NCBI GenBank assembly: GCA_049325335.1
Contig: JBMOMC010000001.1
Span: 96,001 to 160,000 of the forward strand
Length of the DNA: 64,000 bases
Reading direction: 5' to 3'
Source of the DNA: Nitrospirota bacterium
GTDB taxonomy: Bacteria > Nitrospirota > Nitrospiria > 2-01-FULL-66-17
The notes under the pieces were generated by a model, which searched no databases, was not told the DNA's origin, and was given only the letters and a program-made list of their open reading frames with translations. Position 1 is the stretch's first letter, and each line of letters opens with the position of its first letter. Both the position numbers and the translations under genes were made by a program. Positions 28,878-43,305 of the stretch are shown here, piece by piece.

Positions 28878-29579
28878 ATGGCGTCTGAACCATCAGGAAA
28901 CCCCGGCCGGATATCACGTCGCGCGATGTTAATTGCCGCCGGGACCGGCGTTGCCGCGGTTGCGACCGGGTTGTATATGATGCCTCGCTTGGTCAACGGC
29001 GCGCCGGCCACTCGACTGGACTACCCATTTCCCGAGGCGCTGACGGAAAGCGGGTTGCAGCTTGCCCCGACCCCGGCCTGCGCCGACGGTCAGGACGATC
29101 GAACCATTACCCAAACCGAGGGGCCGTACTACACGCCGCGGACGCCCGAACGCACGTCACTGATCGAGCCGGGCATGAAGGGCATTCCGTTGGTGGTCGT
29201 CGGCCGCGTCCTCACTACTGACTGCCAACCGATCCCCGGCGCGGTCTTGGATTTCTGGCAGGCGGACGCCCGAGGCGAGTACGACAACGACGGATACCGA
29301 TTGAGGGGCCATCAGTTCGCGGATCGCTACGGGCAGTTTCGGTTGGAGACCATCAGGCCCGGAGCCTACGGCGACATGATGTTCCGCCGCACGCCCCACA
29401 TCCACGTGAAAGTCCAGGGCAGACGCACTTCTTTGCTCACCACGCAACTGTATTTCCCGAATGAACCGCTCAACACCCAGGACGGCATCTTCGACGAACG
29501 ACTCATGATGAACATCCAACCGAATGGCGATCGACTCGAAGCCCGGTTCGACTTTGTCTTGCAGTCAAGCCGCATCTGA
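28878..29579 (+). CDS. Tat-exported intradiol ring-cleavage dioxygenase-like protein
   Basis: SRRAML Tat-like signal; EGPYY, DFWQADARGEY, LRG, PGAY and RTPHIHVKV motifs. Confidence 0.85.
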   Translation: MASEPSGNPGRISRRAMLIAAGTGVAAVATGLYMMPRLVNGAPATRLDYPFPEALTESGLQLAPTPACADGQDDRTITQTEGPYYTPRTPERTSLIEPGMKGIPLVVVGRVLTTDCQPIPGAVLDFWQADARGEYDNDGYRLRGHQFADRYGQFRLETIRPGAYGDMMFRRTPHIHVKVQGRRTSLLTTQLYFPNEPLNTQDGIFDERLMMNIQPNGDRLEARFDFVLQSSRI

Positions 29580-29625
29580 CCCGATGCGGCCGGATCATCC
29601 ATCACACGATCACGGCGCGCCTTGC

Positions 29626-30336
29626 ATGACGCGCCTCGTCGCTCTCTGGCTCGGTCTGGTTCTGTTGAGCGTGACGGTCGTTGAGCCGTCCGCCGCGTCC
29701 GACCCGCCACGTCCAGTTGTGGTCTTTGCCGCGGCGAGCTTGAAAGAAGTCGTCACCGAGATCGCGGAGGAGTGGTCGCGGCGACACGCGCGTCCGGTCA
29801 CCCTGTCGTTCGACGCGACATCGATCCTGGCTCGTCAGATCCATGCCGGCGCTCCGGCGGACGTGTTCGTGGCCGCGGCGCCGGAGTGGCTCGACGAGGT
29901 CAACCCCATCACGCGCGAGGACTGGCTGTCCAATCGCCTGGTGTGCGTGGTGCTCAAGAACGTCGCCTCGTTCGATTTAGCGACTGCAGATAGCTTGGCC
30001 TTGGCCAATGAGCAAGTGCCAGCCGGGAAATACGCGCGCGCGGCCCTGAAGTATTTAGGGATCGCGCTCCCCAAGCGCGCGATCTACGGCGCCAACGCGC
30101 GCGACGTGCTCTCCACGGTTGTGGCCGGGGGCGCGCAGGCCGGCATCGTTTACGCCACGGACGCGGCCGTCGAGCCCTCGGTTCGGATCGCCTTGACGCT
30201 CCCCGCCGACAGTCATCCCATGATCGTGTACGCGGCGGGGCTACTGACGACCGAAGGTCAAGGCGTGTTCGACGCATTGCGGGAACCTTGGGCCCTGGCG
30301 ATCGCCCGCCGGCACGGTTTTCTCGAATTCGAATGA
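29626..30336 (+). CDS. modA: molybdate ABC transporter substrate-binding protein
   Basis: VFAAASL, LARQIHAGAPADVF, VPAGKYA and GIVYATDA motifs. Confidence 0.92.
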   Translation: MTRLVALWLGLVLLSVTVVEPSAASDPPRPVVVFAAASLKEVVTEIAEEWSRRHARPVTLSFDATSILARQIHAGAPADVFVAAAPEWLDEVNPITREDWLSNRLVCVVLKNVASFDLATADSLALANEQVPAGKYARAALKYLGIALPKRAIYGANARDVLSTVVAGGAQAGIVYATDAAVEPSVRIALTLPADSHPMIVYAAGLLTTEGQGVFDALREPWALAIARRHGFLEFE

Positions 30337-31004
30337 CGCCGGTCACGCTCTCGCTGCTTGTGGCGGTGACGGCGACGCTCGTCAGCCTGCCCTTCGCCGT
30401 GGCCTCGTCGTGGTTTCTGGAACGCACGCGCGCGCCCGGTCGCGGGGTCTTTCAGACCCTCGTCATGCTCCCGCTCGTTCTCCCGCCCGTGGTGATCGGC
30501 TATTTGCTGTTAAAGCTGTTCTCCCCACGGGGCTGGTTGGGACGCGCGCTAGAAGGCTTCGGGACGCCGGTCGCGTTTCACTGGTTGGGAGCGGTCGTGG
30601 CCGCAGCGGTGGTCGGATTCCCGCTCCTGGTGATGATGACCGGGCTCGCCATGAACGCGATCGACCCCAGACTGGAAACCGTGTCGCGCACATTGGGCCG
30701 GTCGTCCTGGCAGACGTTCTGGCGCGTCACGCTTCCCCTCTCGTGGCCCGGTATGTTGTCCGGAGCCGCGTTGGCCTTCGCGCGCGGGCTGGGCGAGTTC
30801 GGCGCCACCATTGTCTTGGCCGGTCGAATCCCGGGCGAAACCGAGACCATCCCGCTCAAGATCTACGCGGAACTGGACGCGCCGGGCGGCGAGGCTCGCG
30901 TCATGGGCCTAGTCGTGATCTCTGTCGCGATCTGTTTTTTCTGCGTGCTGGGCGCGCGCGCGTTGGACACGCGTTATCGCAAACGTCTGGAACTGGAGCG
31001 ATGA
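30333..31004 (+). CDS. modB: molybdate ABC transporter permease
   Basis: LPLVLPPVVIG and FARGLGEFGAT motifs. Confidence 0.94.
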   Translation: MTPVTLSLLVAVTATLVSLPFAVASSWFLERTRAPGRGVFQTLVMLPLVLPPVVIGYLLLKLFSPRGWLGRALEGFGTPVAFHWLGAVVAAAVVGFPLLVMMTGLAMNAIDPRLETVSRTLGRSSWQTFWRVTLPLSWPGMLSGAALAFARGLGEFGATIVLAGRIPGETETIPLKIYAELDAPGGEARVMGLVVISVAICFFCVLGARALDTRYRKRLELER

Positions 31005-31993
31005 AGTTCGAGGTCGAGGCGCGCGTGCGACGTCCGGGCGGATTCACGGTGGAGGCGTCCTTGCGCTGTGACGCCGACGCCATCGGCTTGGTCGGGCCAA
31101 GCGGCAGCGGGAAAACCACGCTCCTGGAAGCCGTGGCGGGCATCGAACCCGGCGCGCGCGTGGTGCTGGACGGCGTGGATTGCTCCTCGCTGCCGATCCA
31201 TCGACGCGACGTAGGATACGTCACGCAGGACGCCTTGCTGTTCCCCCACCTGAGCGTCAGGGACAACCTTTCCTACAGTCCGCGTGCCGTCGCGCTGGGC
31301 GACGTGCCGGCGGCACTGGGCATCGAGCGCCTGTTGGACCGGATGCCGCGGCATCTGAGCGGGGGCGAACGACGCCGCGTCGCGCTGGCGCGGGCGATTC
31401 TGAGCCGCCCCCGCATCCTGCTCCTCGACGAGCCGTTTGCCGGGCTGGACGAGCCCCGGCGCCGCGACGCGCTTTCACTGCTGAACGACGTGCGTGCGAG
31501 GTATCGGGTCCCGGTCATCCTGGTGAGCCACCTCGCGGACGAAGTGATCGGGCTCACGGATTGGGCGGTTCGCTTGGAAGACGGCCGCGTGGCGGCGATG
31601 GGCCCCAGCGCCTCGGTCCTGCGCTCGAGCGAGACGCGTATCGACAACTACTTCACCGGAACCGTGATCGGCCCGCACCATGTCTCGGTCGGCCCGTGGG
31701 AACTCTCCGTCCTCCTTCCGGAGTCCCTGACCGGAGATGTTCGCCTAGCCTGTTACGCGCACGATATCTTGTTGGCCGCCAAAATCCCCGACGGCATTTC
31801 GGCTCGGAATTGTTTTCCCGCCCGAGTCGCCACGATCCTCCCCGCGGGCTCGGCGGTGCTCGTCACCCTGGAGGCGCCCCCGCTGCGCGTGCTGGTCACG
31901 GACGAGGCGGTTACTTCCCTCAGCCTGAAACAAGGATCGCACGTGGTCGCTATCATCAAGGCCACGTCGATCGCGGTATTGGGCGCGCAATGA
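31001..31993 (+). CDS. modC: molybdate ABC transporter ATPase with TOBE domain
   Basis: GPSGSGKTT, LFPHLSV, LSGGE and ISARN motifs; C-terminal AIIKA. Confidence 0.92.
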   Translation: MKFEVEARVRRPGGFTVEASLRCDADAIGLVGPSGSGKTTLLEAVAGIEPGARVVLDGVDCSSLPIHRRDVGYVTQDALLFPHLSVRDNLSYSPRAVALGDVPAALGIERLLDRMPRHLSGGERRRVALARAILSRPRILLLDEPFAGLDEPRRRDALSLLNDVRARYRVPVILVSHLADEVIGLTDWAVRLEDGRVAAMGPSASVLRSSETRIDNYFTGTVIGPHHVSVGPWELSVLLPESLTGDVRLACYAHDILLAAKIPDGISARNCFPARVATILPAGSAVLVTLEAPPLRVLVTDEAVTSLSLKQGSHVVAIIKATSIAVLGAQ

Positions 31994-32054
31994 CCGTCCG
32001 CGTCGAATCTGTTCGACACGTTGAATCGCGCACGGAATCCTGACGTCCGTTCGG

Positions 32055-32840
32055 TCAGGCATCCCTCGGCGCCCGATGGGACACCAGGCGCGCCACGATC
32101 GCCGCCACCGCCAAACAGCAGCCGAAGGCCGCCACGATCGCCGAACCGGTCGGCAGGTCCCATTGGTACGAGCCCCAGAGGCCGACCACGCCGCACGAGC
32201 CGGCAGTCGCCACCGCGGCGACACCCGCCCCCCGTCCGACGTTCATCAGTCGGATCACCAGCGCGGGGGCGACTAGATAGGTGAACACCATCAAGACGCC
32301 CGCGCTGCGAATCGCGGCCGCGATCGCCACACCGAGCAGCAGATAAAACACGACGGTGGCGCCTCGGCGGGCCGCAGCGGGGTCCACGCGGCGGGTCGCG
32401 GTCCTCCAAATCGCGACCGCGATCGCCAGCCCCGCCAAGATCGCCAGTTGGCGGTCGGTCACCCCCAAGATGTTGCCGAACAAGAGGTGAAGAAAGTCGG
32501 CGTCTCCGTGCGGGGCCTTGGCCACGACCAGCACGGCGGCGGCCGCCGCCACCGCGTACACCACGCCCATCACCGCTTCCTGGGGAAGTCGGGCGCTGGA
32601 GCCCGGCACGGCCAACAACCCGGCGCCGACCACGGTGAACACGACCGACGTGGCGATCGGGTCCCACTCCGCCGCGGTCCCGATCGCCACGCCCAGCGCC
32701 GCGATTTGCGCCAGCGCGAGATCCACGAACACGATGCGCCGCCGGATCACCTCGGTTCCCAGCGGCGCGAGGACCACGGCCAAGAGCAGGCAGGCCACGG
32801 CGGCCTGACGCATGAACGGGAGCGACAACATCTCGATCAT
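32055..32840 (-). CDS. metal ABC transporter permease (ABC-3 family)
   Basis: IVFVDLALAQIAALG, LLFGNIL, GVLMVF and DLPTG motifs. Confidence 0.88.
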   Translation of the reverse strand: MIEMLSLPFMRQAAVACLLLAVVLAPLGTEVIRRRIVFVDLALAQIAALGVAIGTAAEWDPIATSVVFTVVGAGLLAVPGSSARLPQEAVMGVVYAVAAAAAVLVVAKAPHGDADFLHLLFGNILGVTDRQLAILAGLAIAVAIWRTATRRVDPAAARRGATVVFYLLLGVAIAAAIRSAGVLMVFTYLVAPALVIRLMNVGRGAGVAAVATAGSCGVVGLWGSYQWDLPTGSAIVAAFGCCLAVAAIVARLVSHRAPRDA

Positions 32841-33760
32841 TTCGCGGACGGGCCTCCGCCGTTGAGCGCCGCAACTAGGCGCGCCACGTTGGTCGCGAAG
32901 AGCGCGACGTAGTCGTCGGTCCCCGGCGTGGCTCCCACGGTGGGCGCGAGTACGAGCACCGTGGCGCCGGTTTGCCGCGCCAAAAGGTCCGGGATGCTCC
33001 GTTCGTGATACGGTTCCATCATGATGACTTTTACCCGCTCGCGCTTCATGAGGTCCGACAACTCCGCTACGTGACTGGGTGGGGGCGGGACACCGGGCTT
33101 GGGCTCGACGTATCCGATCGTCATTAGGCCGAATCGTTTCGTGAAATAGGGCCAACTGTCGTGGTACACGACGATCTTGGCCCCCTGGTACGGCGCGAGA
33201 CGCTTCGTCCACGTGGACAAACCGGTCTCGATTCGGTTGCGAAAGGATTGCGCGTTCGACGTGAACGCGGCGCACCCGGTCGCATCGAGGCCGCACAACC
33301 GTTTCGCGATCGTTTCCGCCACGATCACGCCGTTCATCGGGTCCACAAGATAGTGGGGATTCCCCTTGCCGTGAACGTCGCCCTGGGAGCGGTCCACCGA
33401 TCCCGTGGGAACGCCGAACGCTTGGATCCCTTGCGACGCGTTGAGATGTCCGGGGGCCCCGATGCGGAGACGTGGATTTCGGGCGCTGTCGAGCAACGCG
33501 GGCAACCACCCGCTCTCCAGCTCCAGGCCACCCTCGATCAAGAGGTCGGCCTTGTTGAGTTTGACCAGGAAGCTCGGACGCGGATCCAGAAAATGCGGGT
33601 CCTGAAGTCCGGAAGCCATGCTCGTGACCTCGATTCGGTCTTGGCCGACCTCCTTGGCGATCGCGGCCAAGTCAGGGGTCGTGGTGACCACGGTCAGCGG
33701 CGCGGCGGCAACCGGACACGCCCATGCCGCAAAGAGCACCAGAGCGAGCAACCGTCTCAT
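32837..33760 (-). CDS. metal ABC transporter substrate-binding protein (cluster A-I)
   Basis: QDPHF, DRSQGDVHGKGNPHY and YHDSWPYF motifs; AAGGAG RBS. Confidence 0.9.
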   Translation of the reverse strand: MRRLLALVLFAAWACPVAAAPLTVVTTTPDLAAIAKEVGQDRIEVTSMASGLQDPHFLDPRPSFLVKLNKADLLIEGGLELESGWLPALLDSARNPRLRIGAPGHLNASQGIQAFGVPTGSVDRSQGDVHGKGNPHYLVDPMNGVIVAETIAKRLCGLDATGCAAFTSNAQSFRNRIETGLSTWTKRLAPYQGAKIVVYHDSWPYFTKRFGLMTIGYVEPKPGVPPPPSHVAELSDLMKRERVKVIMMEPYHERSIPDLLARQTGATVLVLAPTVGATPGTDDYVALFATNVARLVAALNGGGPSAK

Positions 33761-33783
33761 GTCATGGCTCCTTGGCATTGTGG

Positions 33784-35055
33784 TTAGAACGCGTGGGCGC
33801 CGTGCGCGCCGATCAAAAACTCCCACTGCAAGAACGCCGAGTGCGCGATGTCCTCGCGGCTCTGCACATCGTCCCGGTTGTACTGCACGCGCCATTTGGA
33901 ATACTCGCTGGGGTAGAACGTCAGGTTGGGCGAGACGCGCACCCGGCGCTCGCGCAGCGGATCGGTCACGTCCCCATTCTCACCCACCACGTACTCGCCA
34001 CGAAGGCCAGCCACCCATCGCGGGGTAAATCCCCACGTGACCTGCGTGTAGCCACCCCGGTCCCTGAGCTGTTCCTCCGGAAACGTCCCGTCCGCGGCGT
34101 TCTCGTACTCGCGCCGCATCAGTTCGGTCTGCCACGCCACAAACGGCCAGCCCTTGACGGTCTGCACCGGCTTCCACTTGTAGTACAAATCGATCCCGTA
34201 GATCTGCGTTCGTGCCGACTCCCCGCTGCTGTTGGGTCCGAACGCCCCGGAAACGCCGACGAGCACGGTCTGGGCGTCGCTCGGATTGAACGACGCGGCC
34301 AACCGCGGCGTGATCGCGAGATCGCCGATCCCTTCGACCCGACGCTCGATCAACGTCCGTCCGAAGAGAATCTCATCGGGCGCGTTGCGAAAGCTGAACA
34401 TGGTCTCGCCCTGGCTGTTCTGCAGCGCGATCAAGGCTTCGGCGTACACCGGGAGCGGTAACAGATACGCCACCTGCATGCCCAGTCCCCGCATCCCGTC
34501 GCCACCGAACAGGCGGCCGTTGATCAAGGGCTGATCCACAAACGCCCACGCGTGGGGATGCTGGGGATTGAGGCGACCGAACTGGGTGAAGAACTGCCCG
34601 GCTCGAAGTTGTAGATTCGCGGGCAATGCGGTCGATGTGATGTAGGCTTCTTCGACTTCGAGGAAGCTTTCCCCTTCCCGATCGATGCCGAAGATCAGAT
34701 GACCGATCGCGGCAAAGTACGGGTCCACGTTTCCGGACAGCGTCAGCTCAAGATTTTGGGCCGTGAATCCCCGCTGGTTGGGATCGTGCGCTCCGGTTTG
34801 CAGCGTCTCCAGGTCCGGCGCTGTGGACGCGCCCGCCGCAAATAGACCGTCGAGCGACATATCCGGATTGAACCGCGGGCCTGTGCCCTGTGACGTCGGC
34901 TGTTTGGCTTCCAACGCGCGCACCGCGGCCCGTGTCTCGGCCAATTCACGCTCCACGCGTTCAAGCGCCGTTTCCTCGGCGTGAGCCGCGGCGCCCGATA
35001 CGACGATGATCCCGAACCACGCCATGACGAATCGATGACACCATGCGTGCTGCAT
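33784..35055 (-). CDS. outer-membrane beta-barrel metal uptake protein
   Basis: signal peptide plus coiled coil; VDPYF, EEAY, FGRLNPQHPHAW; C-terminal IGAHGAHAF; too short for a TonB-dependent receptor. Confidence 0.75.
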   Translation of the reverse strand: MQHAWCHRFVMAWFGIIVVSGAAAHAEETALERVERELAETRAAVRALEAKQPTSQGTGPRFNPDMSLDGLFAAGASTAPDLETLQTGAHDPNQRGFTAQNLELTLSGNVDPYFAAIGHLIFGIDREGESFLEVEEAYITSTALPANLQLRAGQFFTQFGRLNPQHPHAWAFVDQPLINGRLFGGDGMRGLGMQVAYLLPLPVYAEALIALQNSQGETMFSFRNAPDEILFGRTLIERRVEGIGDLAITPRLAASFNPSDAQTVLVGVSGAFGPNSSGESARTQIYGIDLYYKWKPVQTVKGWPFVAWQTELMRREYENAADGTFPEEQLRDRGGYTQVTWGFTPRWVAGLRGEYVVGENGDVTDPLRERRVRVSPNLTFYPSEYSKWRVQYNRDDVQSREDIAHSAFLQWEFLIGAHGAHAF

Positions 35056-35075
35056 AGCTCCTCCGCACATGGAAT

Positions 35076-35112
35076 CACGCGCATGCGCGGACGTTGTCCG
35101 CGCATGCGCGTG
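35076..35112 (-). promoter_or_regulatory. 17-bp stem-loop between the leader ORF and the porin RBS
   Basis: CACGCGCATGCGCGGAC-GTT-GTCCGCGCATGCGCGTG. Confidence 0.6.
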
Positions 35113-35143
35113 GCATTCCGATCAGGTTAGGTGGCTGAGTGCG

Positions 35144-35428
35144 TTACTGCGAGGAACGCGGCGGACCGCGGGAGGAGACGACGAGAACCGACGACTCAGA
35201 AACCGCGTCATGACTCGACGGGAGGAACTCGCTGAGGCTGACAAGGGCGGCGAGCGGCGGAGCAGCGGATTCGGTCGCGTTGGCGTGTTGTACCCACGCC
35301 CCGATAAGGCATCCGTGAGGGTCAGTCAGTTCGTCCTGGGCGTATGCGTGCTGAAGGGAGAAGCCTGAAAACAGCGCCAGGTAGAGCGCAAGGCCCCAGA
35401 CCGAGGCGATAGACGTCGCGCGTTTCAT
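35144..35428 (-). CDS. putative regulatory leader/arrest peptide (DUF2946/CruR-like)
   Basis: 94 aa: hydrophobic N-terminus, QHAY..PHGCLIGAWVQH, C-terminal SRGPP. Confidence 0.62.
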   Translation of the reverse strand: MKRATSIASVWGLALYLALFSGFSLQHAYAQDELTDPHGCLIGAWVQHANATESAAPPLAALVSLSEFLPSSHDAVSESSVLVVSSRGPPRSSQ

Positions 35429-35501
35429 ATCGCCGCAAAATCTAACACAACCACGAAATTCGTGCCAAGCATCGGATTGCGCGCCGACAAGGCTCCACCA
35501 G

Positions 35502-40251
<4,750 letters not shown>

Positions 40252-40253
40252 CG

Positions 40254-41636
40254 TCACTCCTCACCTGATGCGTGATCGCTCGTCCCGTGGAGAGACTCAC
40301 CCGTAAGTCCCTCCACGTCAGCCACGGCGATTCGGTAGTTGATTAAGGCCCGGAGGTGTTGCGATCGGGCGTGAAACCATGTGCGTTGCGCATCGAACAC
40401 GTCGAGCAACCCGAACTTTCCGATCCGATACCCTTCGTTCACGGCATCGAACGCGGATTGCGCTCCGGGCAGGATCCGCTCCTCAATGGCCACCGCTTCC
40501 CGCTGCGCCGCGGAGAGTGCTCGGTAGGCCTCGGCCAACGCCAGCGAAACCCGCGCGTGTTCGGCTTGTTGCTCCGCCTCCCCTTTGGCCAGCCGGTCGC
40601 GTGCCGCCTGAATGCCCGCGCCGTTGCGGTCGAAGATCGGCAACGGGATCGACAGGCCGGCCGTGAACGTCGAGTCGCCGGTGGTGTCGTATCGCCGATA
40701 CCCACCGAGTACGGTGAGGTCCGGAATCGCCCGCGCGCGCTCCAAATCCAGCGCGGCCCGTCGTTGCGCCAGGTCCGCGGTCCAGCGCGACAGCGCGGGC
40801 GATTGATCGAGACGGCCGGCCAGATCAGACAACGGAGGAATCGGCGACGCGGGACCGAGCGAGCCCTCGGCCTTCTCAAACCGCGGGACCATGCTTCCCC
40901 AGGTGGCTGCCAATCGGCCGCGCGCCGCGTCCACCTCGTTCGCGGCGCGGCCTCGTTCGATCCGCGCGGCGGATAATGCCACCTGAGCCTTGACCTCCTC
41001 GACCGCCGCGACCTTGCCTGCGCGAACCCGTGCGGAGACGATGTCCACGACGCTCTCCGCCAAACGCAACATCTCGTCCGCGAGGGCGAGTTGTTCCTGA
41101 GCACCGAGCAACTCTGCACAAGCTTGTGAAACCTGCGTGATGACCTCGATCCGTTTGCGCTCGTACTCCCATCCGGCCAGATCGCGCGCCAGGGCCGCGG
41201 CCTCGGCTCGTCTCCCCCGCTTGCCGCCCAGTTCGATCAGTTGGCTGATGGTGAGATTGGCCTGCGGCTGAAAAACAGTGTCCGCGGACGCGTTCGAGGA
41301 GCCGATGTCTTGCAGATCCGCAGTCAGTACGGGATTGGGAAGACGACCGGCTTGGATCGCGTCAGCGTCGCGCGCTCGCGCCTCCCACGAGAAGGCTTGG
41401 AGCTCGGGATTGCGCATCAACGCGAGGGCCACCGCCTGCCGAACTGTGATCGCACCGACCGGTTCTTCGAGATCGATGGGTTCCGGACGAGCGGGTGGAC
41501 CGGCCGCAAAGGCCGGTACATCGCGACCAAGGGGACGAGGACTCGGCTCCGTCGTTGCCGTTCGAGTGGCGGCACAACTCACCAGACCAACGCAAATCGT
41601 CAGAACACCCCATACGGCAATCACTGAGACAGGCAT
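40254..41636 (-). CDS. czcC: outer-membrane efflux protein (CzcC/TolC family)
   Basis: lipobox LVSC, QAGRLPNP, IELGGKR, LSIPLPIFDRN and GKFGLLDVFDAQR motifs. Confidence 0.92.
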   Translation of the reverse strand: MPVSVIAVWGVLTICVGLVSCAATRTATTEPSPRPLGRDVPAFAAGPPARPEPIDLEEPVGAITVRQAVALALMRNPELQAFSWEARARDADAIQAGRLPNPVLTADLQDIGSSNASADTVFQPQANLTISQLIELGGKRGRRAEAAALARDLAGWEYERKRIEVITQVSQACAELLGAQEQLALADEMLRLAESVVDIVSARVRAGKVAAVEEVKAQVALSAARIERGRAANEVDAARGRLAATWGSMVPRFEKAEGSLGPASPIPPLSDLAGRLDQSPALSRWTADLAQRRAALDLERARAIPDLTVLGGYRRYDTTGDSTFTAGLSIPLPIFDRNGAGIQAARDRLAKGEAEQQAEHARVSLALAEAYRALSAAQREAVAIEERILPGAQSAFDAVNEGYRIGKFGLLDVFDAQRTWFHARSQHLRALINYRIAVADVEGLTGESLHGTSDHASGEE

Positions 41637-41717
41637 ACATCCTCCGAGTTCTTCGCAAGACATGACCGGGCGTCCCTTCCGAGTATCCGGAAGAGCGGAA
41701 CGGGAAGAACCGAGGCG

Positions 41718-42191
41718 TTAAATCAGTAAAACGGTGGTACGGTGGGAACGCAGCGAGGGACTGAGCGAGAATTGATACGGATCAGTCTGATCCGCGCGGA
41801 GTTGAGCGACAGTTACCTCGTCATTCGTGATGAACGGGAGGACGGCGATGACCTGCACGATGGGAACAGCCATTGATACACTTGGCGCCACGGCCTGTTG
41901 TCCGTGGTTCGACAGCGGCAGCTCGTGATCTGGTGGAACATTTCCAAATGTTCCAAATGAGGCGCCGTCGTGCACGTGATCGACAGCCTGGTGTTCATCC
42001 TGGTATCCGTGATGGTGCAACACCAGCCGAAGCTGGTTGTTCGTCGCGGACATGACAGCCTGATGGGAGCCGTCCGCAACCAGGGGAACCAAGAGGAGTC
42101 CTTGCAGGCTGGCGAACCACACGAACAGATAAACAGCAAGCCCCCATCGGACCATGCAGAACCGATCAGATCTCGCAGAAAGTATCTTCAT
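41718..42191 (-). CDS. His-rich small protein upstream of czcC (CzcI-like position)
   Basis: TM segment; LHHHGYQDEH..DHVHD..DHE; C-terminal LRSHRTTVLLI; start uncertain (42191 or 42155). Confidence 0.6.
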   Translation of the reverse strand: MKILSARSDRFCMVRWGLAVYLFVWFASLQGLLLVPLVADGSHQAVMSATNNQLRLVLHHHGYQDEHQAVDHVHDGASFGTFGNVPPDHELPLSNHGQQAVAPSVSMAVPIVQVIAVLPFITNDEVTVAQLRADQTDPYQFSLSPSLRSHRTTVLLI

Positions 42192-42307
42192 GCCGCTGAC
42201 TAATCTATCAGACCCGCGGTCGCTGTGCAACCGGATCGCCACTCGCATGACTCAGCTTCCCGGGATGGAACTCTCCAGCACCGTTGTCAGACACGCGCCA
42301 CCGGCGC

Positions 42308-43288
42308 TTAATTCCCCACATTGGCCGGATCGATCACTTTGAGCGCTGACGCGTCGCCGCCCAACACCCGCGCCATGGTTTCCACATTTTCCTTCATCAT
42401 GCCGACGTAGGTGTGCTCCACCGCGTCGATCTCGCCGGGCAAGTCATCGTCGCGAAGGGTGTCCACGAACTTGACCTTGGCTTCGCGACCGATTTGATCG
42501 AGCACTTTGCTCGGGAACACCTCGGACCCGAAGATCGCGGGCACGGCCTCGGCTCTCAGTTGTTTGATCAATGCCACCATGTCCTGGGGCGTGGGTTGGG
42601 CGAAGTCCGACGGCTGGACCGCGCCAATCACCTTACACCCATACCGCGGGCAGAAATATGCCCACGAATCATGGTAGGTGACCAATTTGCGATTTTTCTC
42701 CGGGATGGTCTTCATCGTGGCCATGATGGCCTCATCAAGCTGTTTGAGTTTGGCCAAGTAGTCGGCGGCGTTCGCGTCGTAGGCCGACTTATTGGCCGGA
42801 TCGACCTTCACCAGCGCCTCGCGCACCAGTTCCGCGTACTTCATGCCGTGCGCGACGTTGAGCCACAGATGCGGGTTCGGGTCGCCCTTGTCCTCGGGGA
42901 AGGAAAAATCAAAAACCCATTCTTTTCGGCTGATCGTCTGATCCGCCAGTTTCACCACCACGGCGGTCTTCTTTTTGTTCGCCTCGGTCAGGTGCATGGT
43001 CGGAGTTTCAAGGTGCAGGCCATTGACGATAATCAGGTCCGCTTGGGCGACGTATTTCACGTCGCTGGGGACCGGTTCGAATGTGTGCGAGTCTGAGCCT
43101 TCCGGGATAAGCCCGTGAAGATCGACGTGTAGCCCGGCCACGTTCAGCACGATGTTGGTAATCGGCGCAACCGTGGTGAGCACCTTGATCTTCTTGCCGG
43201 TTTCCGCCGCTTGCGCCGGTGCAGCAAGGATGACCGCAGTCAGCACTCCGATGCCGAGAATCCCTTGACGCTGTTTGCTCAAGAACAT
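42308..43288 (-). CDS. metal ABC transporter substrate-binding protein (cluster A-I)
   Basis: DSHTFEP, NGLHLE, NPHLWLN and TYHDSW motifs; GGGGAGGT RBS. Confidence 0.92.
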   Translation of the reverse strand: MFLSKQRQGILGIGVLTAVILAAPAQAAETGKKIKVLTTVAPITNIVLNVAGLHVDLHGLIPEGSDSHTFEPVPSDVKYVAQADLIIVNGLHLETPTMHLTEANKKKTAVVVKLADQTISRKEWVFDFSFPEDKGDPNPHLWLNVAHGMKYAELVREALVKVDPANKSAYDANAADYLAKLKQLDEAIMATMKTIPEKNRKLVTYHDSWAYFCPRYGCKVIGAVQPSDFAQPTPQDMVALIKQLRAEAVPAIFGSEVFPSKVLDQIGREAKVKFVDTLRDDDLPGEIDAVEHTYVGMMKENVETMARVLGGDASALKVIDPANVGN

Positions 43289-43305
43289 GCTTGACCTCCC
43301 CGTCA

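Noticed and set aside
29580..29625. Moco riboswitch or ModE box before modA
   Set aside because: The gap is only 46 nt and I could not recognise either motif.
33784..35055. TonB-dependent receptor
   Set aside because: At about 423 aa it is too short and has no evident plug domain; a porin-like barrel is more plausible.
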